Shown one piece after another: positions 47,088 to 55,535 of a stretch of DNA of 64,000 nucleotides (its first letter is position 1; each line of letters starts with the position of its first letter). The DNA is taken from positions 3,636-67,635 of the forward strand of contig CBDUZO010000008.1 of NCBI GenBank assembly GCA_965371725.1. The letters are read 5' to 3'. The DNA is from an uncultured Phycisphaerales bacterium. GTDB taxonomy: Bacteria; Planctomycetota; Phycisphaerae; UBA1845. The translations under genes were made by a program, and so were the position numbers. The notes under the pieces were generated by a model that saw only the letters and a list, made by a program, of their open reading frames with translations, had not been told where the DNA came from and made no database searches.

Positions 47088-50000
47088 ATGGCGGCAGGCT
47101 ATGAACGGCAGGAACCCCGACTGAGGGTACTCACGGCGATGGCCACACGTTCACAATCAGCCTTCCAAACCGTCAAGACCGAGGGCGCTCTCCTGCCCGC
47201 CGATCTCCTGAAGCGCGTCTCGGACGGCGACAAGGAGATCGAGGGTCTCTCACCGGAAAGCTATCACCTCGACCCCACCGACAAGATCAACGAAGCCACG
47301 AACCGCGCCTGGATCGCCTGCCGCGATGCATGGCAGCGATTCCAGAAGCAGCGAGCCGAACTGCCCGACTCCGACAAAGGCACGACGCTCACCCGCGAGC
47401 GCTGGCTGCTGGTCCTGTTCCGCGAACTTGGCTACGGTCGACTCCAAACCGCCAAGGCGTTTGAGATCGAGGGCAAGACCTACGCCCTCAGCCACGGCTG
47501 GGGCAACGCGCCGATCCACCTGATCTCCTTCCGCTACGATCTCGACACGACATCGCATGGCGTCTTCCGCACCAGCCCGCACAGCCTCGTTCAAGAACTC
47601 CTCAACCGCAGCGACGATCACCTGTGGGCGCTGGTCAGCAATGGCCTGCAACTGCGCATCCTGCGCGATAATGTCAGCTTCACCCGACCGGCCTACGTCG
47701 AGTTCGACCTCGAAGCCATGCTGGAGGGCGAGGTCTACTCCGACTTCCTGCTGCTCTGGTTGCTGTGTCACCAGTCCAGGGTCGAAAGCGACATCCCCGA
47801 ACAATCCTGGCTGGAGAAGTGGCACCAGACCGCCAAGAAACAAGGCACGCGCATTCTGGACCGTCTCCGGGACGGCGTGCAGAAGTCTATCGAGGCTTTC
47901 GGGCAGGGATTCCTTGCCCATCGGGGAAACGCGGCGCTTCGTCAGAAACTCGCCGACGGCAAGCTCACCACGCAGGACTACTACCAGCAGATTCTCCGGC
48001 TAGTCTATCGACTCATCTTCCTGTTCGTGGCCGAGGATCGTGACCTGTTGCTCACACCCGACGCGGGCGCGACCATCCGCAAGCGCTTCGAGAAGAACTA
48101 CTCTCTCACGCGCATCCGGCGATTGTCGCAGCGGCGTCGCGGAACCCGGCACAGCGATCTGTGGCAAGGCGTCAAGGTCGTCTTCAAGTTGCTCTACAAG
48201 GGCGAGCCGCGCCTCGGTCTGCCCGCGCTGGGATCGATGCTGTTCTCGGACAGGACCATGCCCGATCTGGACGGGTGCGAACTCGCCAACGACCGAATGT
48301 TGGAGGCCGTCCGCCATCTGGCGTTCACCGTGGAGCGCAACGTCCTGCGCCAGGTGGACTACAAGAACCTCGGCTCCGAGGAACTCGGCAGCGTGTACGA
48401 ATCCCTGCTGGAGCTTCACCCGGATGTCAACGCCGACGCCGCTACGTTCGAGCTATCCACCGTGGCCGGCTCGGAACGCAAGACAACCGGCAGCTACTAC
48501 ACGCCCTCGTCGCTCATCAACTGCCTGCTCGATTCGGCGCTCGATCCGGTTGTCGCCGAAGCCCTCAAGAAGCCCGACAGGGAGAAGGCCATCCTCAATC
48601 TCAAGGTCTGCGATCCGGCCTGCGGCTCCGGCCACTTCCTGATCGCCGCCGCCAATCGTCTGTCGCATCACTTGGCGACGGCGAGGACGGGGGACGAGGA
48701 GCCGTCACCCGCCGCCCGGCGCGTGGCCTTCCGCGATGTAGTCAGCCACTGCATCTATGGCGTGGACATCAACCCGATGGCCGTGGAGTTGTGCAAGGTG
48801 GCGCTTTGGCTTGAGTCCATTGACCCCGGCAAGCCGCTCAGCTTCCTCGACCACCGCATCCTCTGCGGCAACTCTCTGATCGGTGTTACGCCGCGCCTGC
48901 TTGCCGAGGGTATTCCCGATGGGGCTTTCAAGCCCATCGAGGGTGACGACAAGGCCGTCGTGAACGAATACAAGCGGCGCAACAAGGATGAGAAGAAGGG
49001 CCAGCTTCAACTCGATTTCGGAGCCATGCCGTCCGTCAAGCTCGGCAACCTCGTCCAAACCTTCGCCAACCTGGCTGCGATGGACGACGGCTCTATACAA
49101 GATGTCGAGGCCAAGGAAAAGAAGTACGCTGAGTTTGTCGAATCCACCGGCTATCAGAGTGCGCGGCTCCTCGCCGATGCATGGTGCGCCGCCTTCGTCT
49201 GGATCAAGCGGCTTCCCGCCGTAGCGAGTAGGGAAGTAGCGAGTAGCGAGGTAGGTGCCGATTCCCGAACTCCCTATCTCCCTACCTCCCTACCTCCCTC
49301 CTCTGGCTTTGACGACTGCATCACCGAAAGCTGGTTCCGCAGGATTGAAGCCAACCCGCACTGCCTGCCGCCGTGGATGCGGGATGAGATTGCTCGTCTG
49401 CGCGACCAGTACCAGTTCTTCCACTGGCACCTGGCGTTCCCCGATGCGTTCCGCGTTCCAAGCGAAAACGAAGACGCCGAGAACGAACAGACCGGCTGGA
49501 GCGGCGGTTTCGATGTCGCCCTCGGAAATCCGCCCTGGGAGCGCATCAAGCTCCAGGAGAAGGAGTTCTTCAGCTCCCGACGCCCCGACATCGCTAATGC
49601 CCCCAATGCTGCCAAGCGACGTAAGATGATCGCAGCTCTCAAAGAAGATGACACCACTCTGTATAACGAGTTCACTGAGGCCCGGCGCAAGGCCGAGGGT
49701 GGGAGCCTACTCGTCCGAGAGTCAGGCCGCTTTCCTCTGTGTGGTCGCGGCGATGTGAACACCTACTCCATCTTTGCTGAAACCAAGCGATCACTCATCA
49801 ACGCCCGGGGCCGCGTCGGCTGCATTGTCCCCTCCGGCATCGCCACCGACGACACCACCAAGCATTTCTTCTGCGGTCTGACCGAATCCGGGTCCTTGGC
49901 CAGCCTGTACGATTTTGAGAACCGCCGCGGAATCTTCCCCGGTGTTCATCGCAGTTACAAGTTCTGCCTGCTGACGATTGCTGGCCCGGCCGCAGCGGTT

Positions 50001-51362
50001 TCGGACGCGGAGTTCGTTTTCTTCGCGCACGACGTGGTGGATTTGGCCGATCCGGGCCGACGGTTTGCGCTCAGCTCGGAGGACATCGAGCTGTTGAACC
50101 CCAACACGCGAACGTGCCCGATTTTTCGATCACGACGAGATGCAGAGATCACCAAGGCTCTCTATCGTCGAGCCGTAATCATCGGGGACGCCAGATGTGG
50201 AGTGTCGTTCTTCCCCAAAATCGACATGACCGATGAAGTTGGCAAGTTCATTTCCATATCAGAATTAGTGACGAACGATGTGACGCACGATTGTGTCGAA
50301 ACCGAGGGCCGGATGTACCTTCGCCTATACGAATCGAAGCTGATTTGGCACTACAATCATCGCTGGGGTACCTTCTTGAACTGTTCCCCGGATTCCCTGG
50401 TGAAGGGAAACGCTCGGAAGCTCACACCGGATGAACGCGAGTCGCCCGATTCCTTATGCATGCCCCGTTACTATGTGCCGCGCGAGCTTGTTCGCTCGCG
50501 GTACACCGTCCCGCTAGGCGAAAGTCCGACCTTTCTAGCTGTCCGGCGGCTTACGAACGCAACCAACGAACGAACCGCAGTGTTTTCGGCGATCCCATGG
50601 GCCGGATGCGGAAACTCCATCTTCGTTCTCTCGGTACCGAGCGTGGATGTGTTGATTGGACTGTTGACGTGTGGAAACTCTTTCGCTTTTGACTACTGCA
50701 CCCGCAACAAGATGGGTGGTACGAACTTTCTGCAATTCATCATCGAGCAGTTGCCCATCGTTCCTCTTGAGCCGTTGGGAAATCCACCGTGGTCGGCAGG
50801 TGCATCGTCCAATCATAGCTGGTTCTTTGCGAGGGCGTCGGAGCTTCAATGCGTCACAAGAGATATGGATCGGTTCGCCAAACAGTGCGGACACAATGGG
50901 CCACCGTTCCGGTGGGATGTGGGACGGCGGTTCCTTATCCGTTGCGAGCTGGACGCGGCGTATTTCCATCTCTACAGCATGGAACGCGACGACGTGGACT
51001 ACATCATGGAGACCTTCCCCATCGTCAAACGCAAAGACATCGCCCGCACTGAGGTCAAGGACAACTCCGGCGAAGTCACCCAAGAAGGCCGCTACCGCAC
51101 CAAGGACACCATCCTCGAAATCTACGACGAAATGGCCGAGGCCATGAAGACCGGCAAGCCCTACCAGACCCGTCTCGACCCGCCCCCCGGCCCACCCGCC
51201 GACGCCGAGGGCAACTTCCTGCCCCTCCCCCAATGGCTCCCCGGCCAACCGCAACCGGCAGACTGGCCGTCCCACATCCACGGCCCGAAGGAAGTCTACG
51301 ACTGGGCCAAGGCCCACAACATCGACTGGCGCACTCTCTTGGACATGGAGGCGGACTCGTGA
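47088..51362 (+). CDS. Eco57I/type-IIG-like N6-adenine DNA methyltransferase, 1424 aa (DrmMI-like)
   Basis: TGSYYTPSSLINCLLDSALDPV, SAM motif KVCDPACGSGHFLIAA, catalytic FDVALGNPPWERIKLQEKEFF. A long C-terminal region is presumably the specificity domain. ATG 47139 (MATRSQSAFQTVKTEGALLP) is an alternative start. Confidence 0.88.
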   Translation: MAAGYERQEPRLRVLTAMATRSQSAFQTVKTEGALLPADLLKRVSDGDKEIEGLSPESYHLDPTDKINEATNRAWIACRDAWQRFQKQRAELPDSDKGTTLTRERWLLVLFRELGYGRLQTAKAFEIEGKTYALSHGWGNAPIHLISFRYDLDTTSHGVFRTSPHSLVQELLNRSDDHLWALVSNGLQLRILRDNVSFTRPAYVEFDLEAMLEGEVYSDFLLLWLLCHQSRVESDIPEQSWLEKWHQTAKKQGTRILDRLRDGVQKSIEAFGQGFLAHRGNAALRQKLADGKLTTQDYYQQILRLVYRLIFLFVAEDRDLLLTPDAGATIRKRFEKNYSLTRIRRLSQRRRGTRHSDLWQGVKVVFKLLYKGEPRLGLPALGSMLFSDRTMPDLDGCELANDRMLEAVRHLAFTVERNVLRQVDYKNLGSEELGSVYESLLELHPDVNADAATFELSTVAGSERKTTGSYYTPSSLINCLLDSALDPVVAEALKKPDREKAILNLKVCDPACGSGHFLIAAANRLSHHLATARTGDEEPSPAARRVAFRDVVSHCIYGVDINPMAVELCKVALWLESIDPGKPLSFLDHRILCGNSLIGVTPRLLAEGIPDGAFKPIEGDDKAVVNEYKRRNKDEKKGQLQLDFGAMPSVKLGNLVQTFANLAAMDDGSIQDVEAKEKKYAEFVESTGYQSARLLADAWCAAFVWIKRLPAVASREVASSEVGADSRTPYLPTSLPPSSGFDDCITESWFRRIEANPHCLPPWMRDEIARLRDQYQFFHWHLAFPDAFRVPSENEDAENEQTGWSGGFDVALGNPPWERIKLQEKEFFSSRRPDIANAPNAAKRRKMIAALKEDDTTLYNEFTEARRKAEGGSLLVRESGRFPLCGRGDVNTYSIFAETKRSLINARGRVGCIVPSGIATDDTTKHFFCGLTESGSLASLYDFENRRGIFPGVHRSYKFCLLTIAGPAAAVSDAEFVFFAHDVVDLADPGRRFALSSEDIELLNPNTRTCPIFRSRRDAEITKALYRRAVIIGDARCGVSFFPKIDMTDEVGKFISISELVTNDVTHDCVETEGRMYLRLYESKLIWHYNHRWGTFLNCSPDSLVKGNARKLTPDERESPDSLCMPRYYVPRELVRSRYTVPLGESPTFLAVRRLTNATNERTAVFSAIPWAGCGNSIFVLSVPSVDVLIGLLTCGNSFAFDYCTRNKMGGTNFLQFIIEQLPIVPLEPLGNPPWSAGASSNHSWFFARASELQCVTRDMDRFAKQCGHNGPPFRWDVGRRFLIRCELDAAYFHLYSMERDDVDYIMETFPIVKRKDIARTEVKDNSGEVTQEGRYRTKDTILEIYDEMAEAMKTGKPYQTRLDPPPGPPADAEGNFLPLPQWLPGQPQPADWPSHIHGPKEVYDWAKAHNIDWRTLLDMEADS
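49221..49303. repeat. Imperfect inverted array of 7-8-nt units inside the methylase ORF
   Basis: The left arm GTAGCGA-GTAGGGAA-GTAGCGA-GTAGCGAG-GTAGG (49221-49255), a 15-nt spacer, then the right arm TCCCTATC-TCCCTACC-TCCCTACC-TCCCTCC (49271 onward). This is the approximate reverse complement: about 80 percent pairing over about 24 nt with one indel. It encodes VASREVASSEVGADSRTPYLPTSLPPS in frame. Confidence 0.7.
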
Positions 51363-53005
51363 CACTTGACAGTCTTCTTGCTGTGGCCGGTCTATTGCTC
51401 GCGGCCTACGCGATCATGCCGCGCGCTCGGCAACTCGATATCCAGTTGCGGGTGGGGGCACTGGACTGGTTCATTGCCATCGTCGCCCTGCTGGTCGTCC
51501 ATTACTTTCAATTCCATGCTTACTTCGAGAAGGCCGGACTGACACTGAACCTTGGCTATGAACAATGGGGGCTGACGCCGGAGAAGATATCCTACATCGT
51601 TCTTCTCGTGGCAGCGCTGCTCATCGGCTTGCACGTGTGTAGGGTACGGCTGACACCGGGACGGGTTCCAAAGTTCTTCGCCTTCGCCCAGGAACTCATG
51701 TGGGCTGGGAAGTACCACGACGTGGCTCTGGTCTTGGAGCGGCATCTGGGCGAACTGATGCGGATCTGCCAGGCGAAAACTAGGTGGCTTCGTTGGCGTG
51801 CCAAGCTCCTGGCGCCCACGCAGCCGCCTTTCGCAAGATGGCATGCGAAGGTTACTGAAGCGCCGGATGGGAAGACGGCGTTTCCGGAAGCCACGCGATG
51901 GGCGAAGCTCTTGGACAAAGGCAAGGAGGTTTTAGCTGGCTACATTCCGAGTCGGGAAAAGGAGATTGGGCAGGCCCGCGAGTTCTGCATTCAGGCGCTC
52001 ACGCACAAGGATTTTGTTGCGTTCCTCGCCAAAGGAAGACCCTACCTCGGCTTGGATATCATCAAGGCGGGTTTCTACCAGCGGGAGGAGTTTCTGACGC
52101 TCTACATGAACGCCTTGCTGCGAGATACGTCGAGCGTACTGTACCACGAGATCAAGAACAACGAGAGCCTCGCAGGATGGTACGAGTATGACATACCGGA
52201 AGAGAACAGGGTCCTCCACACCCTTGTTGCTGATGCCAAGTTTGCAGAGAAGCTCGCCATCTATCGGCCGGTTGGCGAATACATGATCCGTCAGCTGGAC
52301 GAGCTGTCCCTCCGGGAAACGAACGACCCGTATAACCTGCCGATGTATGATTTCCACGACGACGGCAGGTGGACCTCATCGTTATGGATCGGAATCCGTT
52401 TCTTCGACATCATGGTCACAACGGCACTGCACGAAGGCATCGAATGGCATATGTGGCTGTATTACTTCGACCCCGTGACGGAGCGAATCTGCAAGAACTA
52501 CGGGTTGGATAGCGAGCAGGTTGATGCCGAGGCAGAATGGCCGACTCGGTATAGCTATCTACTCTATGAGATGTTCTCCGTAATGACTGGGTGGGTATCC
52601 GCTCTACGCCATATTCCGCTTGAGCAATCGAACGTCAAACTTGCTTCCATTGCGCCGCGTCGCGAGAATGGGAACATCCCGAAGAGCGGCATTCTGGCGC
52701 TAAGCCAGTGTCTCAAGCGTGTCTTGGTTGAGCAGAGCATTCCTGTTAAGTTTCGCCAATACCTGCTCGAGACGGTACTCCGACTCTATTTCAACCTTCG
52801 GGAAGAAGATAGACTCCACGACTATGCGGAGGCAACGCGCAACGCGATCGGGTTGTGCACTGAATCCCAGTGCCATGACCGAGAGGAGTATTACCGCCAG
52901 CTGATCGACGGAATAGACAAAGGGGACTGGATAGCCAACCACCCCGAACAGGTCGATGAACTCCGGGAGTTCGTGACGACGGAATCCATGAAGGACACAA
53001 GCTGA
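51359..53005 (+). CDS. Membrane-anchored protein of unknown function (548 aa), translationally coupled to the methylase
   Basis: GTG 51359 overlaps the methylase stop (GTGA); ATG 51416 is an alternative start. Three N-terminal hydrophobic helices (LLAVAGLLLAAYAIM, WFIAIVALLVVHYFQF, ISYIVLLVAALLIGLHV) are followed by about 430 aa of soluble, Trp/Tyr-rich helical sequence. No PLD HxK or other motif recognised. Confidence 0.7.
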   Translation: MTLDSLLAVAGLLLAAYAIMPRARQLDIQLRVGALDWFIAIVALLVVHYFQFHAYFEKAGLTLNLGYEQWGLTPEKISYIVLLVAALLIGLHVCRVRLTPGRVPKFFAFAQELMWAGKYHDVALVLERHLGELMRICQAKTRWLRWRAKLLAPTQPPFARWHAKVTEAPDGKTAFPEATRWAKLLDKGKEVLAGYIPSREKEIGQAREFCIQALTHKDFVAFLAKGRPYLGLDIIKAGFYQREEFLTLYMNALLRDTSSVLYHEIKNNESLAGWYEYDIPEENRVLHTLVADAKFAEKLAIYRPVGEYMIRQLDELSLRETNDPYNLPMYDFHDDGRWTSSLWIGIRFFDIMVTTALHEGIEWHMWLYYFDPVTERICKNYGLDSEQVDAEAEWPTRYSYLLYEMFSVMTGWVSALRHIPLEQSNVKLASIAPRRENGNIPKSGILALSQCLKRVLVEQSIPVKFRQYLLETVLRLYFNLREEDRLHDYAEATRNAIGLCTESQCHDREEYYRQLIDGIDKGDWIANHPEQVDELREFVTTESMKDTS

Positions 53006-53021
53006 GGAACGGCGTTTCTGT

Positions 53022-53038
53022 CGGCGGTTGCACCGCCG
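53022..53038 (+). terminator. Short GC hairpin after the last operon gene (weak terminator candidate)
   Basis: CGGCGG-TTGCA-CCGCCG lies 17 nt after stop 53005. There is no U-tract. Confidence 0.25.
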
Positions 53039-53533
53039 CCTCGGCCAGTACCTTCCCTCCCTTACTGCATGCGGTTGTGGTGCTTACGGAATGCTGACAG
53101 CATCCAGCGCTCGCTCCGTTGCGTCAAGGTCCCCGCACAGGAACTCGAAATGAACACGTGCGTCGACCTACACCACACACTCGCCTGCTGGGACGCGTCG
53201 GTCGGTGACGGCTTCACTCAGTGCCCACAGCCACTCCCCGCCACAATGGCAGCACTTGAGCGGCAACTCACCCCGCCTCAGTTTCGTGGGCTCCGCGAAG
53301 AGAGCCGCAGCTCTTCGACCGTGCGAACAACTTGCCTGGACAAGCCATCTGCCCCCGTTCACACCGCCAGAGCCACCCCGTACACTCCCCTAACAGGCCC
53401 GTAGACGAGCGCCACGGGGCGCAAACGGCTCGGACGCCCCTCTGGTACCCCCGAAACGCGTACACGCCAAGGAGGGTCGTTCTCCGCGCCGACGCGCCTT
53501 TCGCAGTTCGGGGCGGGCGAGCGACGGGGCGAG

Positions 53534-53749
53534 CTACACCCGGTTGTACAACGCGGACCTGCTGACAGTGCTCCGCGAGTCCGCGACGGACTTCGTACCG
53601 CCGCAGCCGGCCGGCATCGGCGCAGGCCGAGCGTCGGTTGCTGACGACGACAGCCGGCGAACCACGTCTGTCGCGATCCCCGTGTAGAGTGCCCCGGTTC
53701 CACATCGCACGAGATAAACAGACCACCGAGGCTGACCATGATCGACCAC
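53534..53749 (-). pseudogene. GIY-YIG (UPF0213/YhbQ-like) nuclease remnant
   Basis: The N-terminal ...RWSVYLVRCGTGALYTGIATDVVRRL matches the GIY...YIG motif block. The remaining 38 codons lack the expected AEH...G.GAKYTR...E..IK motifs. Confidence 0.35.
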
Positions 53750-53960
53750 TCCACATCCGCCCGGACTCGGGCTTCATCGTTCACCGGGCCGATTCTACCG
53801 CGGTGACGGCGCCTGCAGAATCGTTCCGCGGCCAGCACTGGGGCGGTCGGTGCTTATCGGACGGACAGCCCGCGCGACGGAGCAGGGCTATCCCGTCCGG
53901 GTATCAGGCTTCTGTTGCGTTCGCCTCCGTGCCGGCTGCGGTCGCGGCAATCCCACGTGT

Positions 53961-55535
53961 TCAATGCAAGGCGACTTTCATGCCGGCACGCTTCCTATGC
54001 TTGATGCCCAGGACCAGCACCGTGCCGACCACCGAGAAGATCGCTAGATACACAAAGGCGCTTTGGAAACCGTACGCGGTCGCGTTGGCCTGGATGTGCA
54101 TCTCCATCAGCGCGCTGGCCTTTTGTTGCGCGGTGGCGGGGTCCACGCCCGCTCGCGCGAAGTACGCTGGCAGCTTGCCGGAAAACGCCGGCAGCGCCGG
54201 GCTAGCGTAGGTGAGCTTCTGGCTAAGGGCGTCGAAGAAGGCATCCGACCGTCGCTCCAGCATGGTGACGGCAATCGAAGTGCCGATGCTGCCGGCAATC
54301 AGCCGGGTGGCATTCTGAATGCTGGACCCCATGTTGATCTCGTGCGGCTTCAGGACGCTGAAGGCAATGATCGTGGCGGCAGGGTAAATCAGTCCTACCA
54401 TCGCGGCCCAGATGGCAAAGTCCAGCGCCACGACGTACTTATCCGTGTACAGGTCCAAGGTCGAAAAGTGCCAGGTGGTGAGCACAAGCCCGACCATTCC
54501 GAGAAAGAGCGTCTTCTTCGCGTCCCACCTGTCCGCAAGCAGGCCGCCGACGATCACCGACACGCCCATGACGATCGAGCCCGGCAGGAGAACCAAACCG
54601 GCGGTCAGCGTCGGATAGAGCCGAAGCCGCTCCATATACAGCGGTAGCAGGAAGAAGGCCCCGTACATCGTCATGCTGAACAGCAGCGTGATCGTGATGG
54701 CGAGCGCGAACGTGGGAAACCGGAAGAATCGCACCTGCGTAAGTGGCGAGCGGGTGCGCAGTTCCCACAAGACGTACGCCGGGAAGCTTACGACAAAGAG
54801 GGCAACCAGCGCGACGATGGCATCGGAATAGCCCCAGCCCCACTCCTGTCCCTTCGCCAGAAATACGATCAGCGAGGAAACCCAGACCACCATGATTCCG
54901 AAGCCAACGCCGTCGAACGCCTTGACGGTCTCGCCGGCGGGCTTGGAGCGGCGGAGCATGAAGATCGCCAGTAGCAGACCGATCGCGCCGACGGGCAGGT
55001 TCACGTAGAAAATCCACCGCCAGGAAAGATGCTCGGTCAGGAGTCCGCCGAGCGTCGGTCCCATCGCAGGAGCAAAGCTGGCGCCCAAACCGTAGATGCC
55101 AATCGCCAAACCGTGTTCTTTCTCCGGGAACACTTCGTAAAGAATGGTCAAGGAGATGGTCACAACTAGCCCCTCTCCGAATCCCTGGATAAGCCGGGCG
55201 GTGTTCATCGAATCCAGGCTCCAGGCTTGGCCGCAGAGAGCGCTGGAGAGCGTGAACAGGAGCAATCCTGCAATGTATGTCTTCTTGTGCCCGATCTTCG
55301 CCCCCAACCAGGTGACCGTCGTCATCGAGATGGCCGCCCCGATCAGGTAGGTGATGACAACCCATTGAACGCCGAAGGTGTCCGTGTTGAGTTCGGCCAT
55401 CATCTTCGGCAGAGTGATATTGACGATGGTCGTGTCGAGCAGCGTCATGAACGTGCCGATCATGACGATGACGGCCGCCACCCACTTATACTGGATGCCG
55501 AGGACTCGGGGATACTGCGGCTCGTCGGCCATCAT
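53961..55535 (-). CDS. MFS transporter, DHA2 (EmrB/QacA) drug-efflux family
   Basis: 524 aa. ...TFMTLLDTTIVNITLPKMMAELN...ARLIQGFGEG... The length is consistent with a 14-TM protein. The stop/start overlaps the adaptor gene. Confidence 0.88.
   Translation of the reverse strand: MMADEPQYPRVLGIQYKWVAAVIVMIGTFMTLLDTTIVNITLPKMMAELNTDTFGVQWVVITYLIGAAISMTTVTWLGAKIGHKKTYIAGLLLFTLSSALCGQAWSLDSMNTARLIQGFGEGLVVTISLTILYEVFPEKEHGLAIGIYGLGASFAPAMGPTLGGLLTEHLSWRWIFYVNLPVGAIGLLLAIFMLRRSKPAGETVKAFDGVGFGIMVVWVSSLIVFLAKGQEWGWGYSDAIVALVALFVVSFPAYVLWELRTRSPLTQVRFFRFPTFALAITITLLFSMTMYGAFFLLPLYMERLRLYPTLTAGLVLLPGSIVMGVSVIVGGLLADRWDAKKTLFLGMVGLVLTTWHFSTLDLYTDKYVVALDFAIWAAMVGLIYPAATIIAFSVLKPHEINMGSSIQNATRLIAGSIGTSIAVTMLERRSDAFFDALSQKLTYASPALPAFSGKLPAYFARAGVDPATAQQKASALMEMHIQANATAYGFQSAFVYLAIFSVVGTVLVLGIKHRKRAGMKVALH

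Noticed and set aside
54439-55485. The 348-aa minus-strand out-of-frame ORF and the 343-aa plus-strand ORF (56033-57064) in the efflux operon
   Set aside because: They overlap the clearly recognisable MFS and HlyD genes. Their sequences are Arg/His/Gly-rich without motifs.
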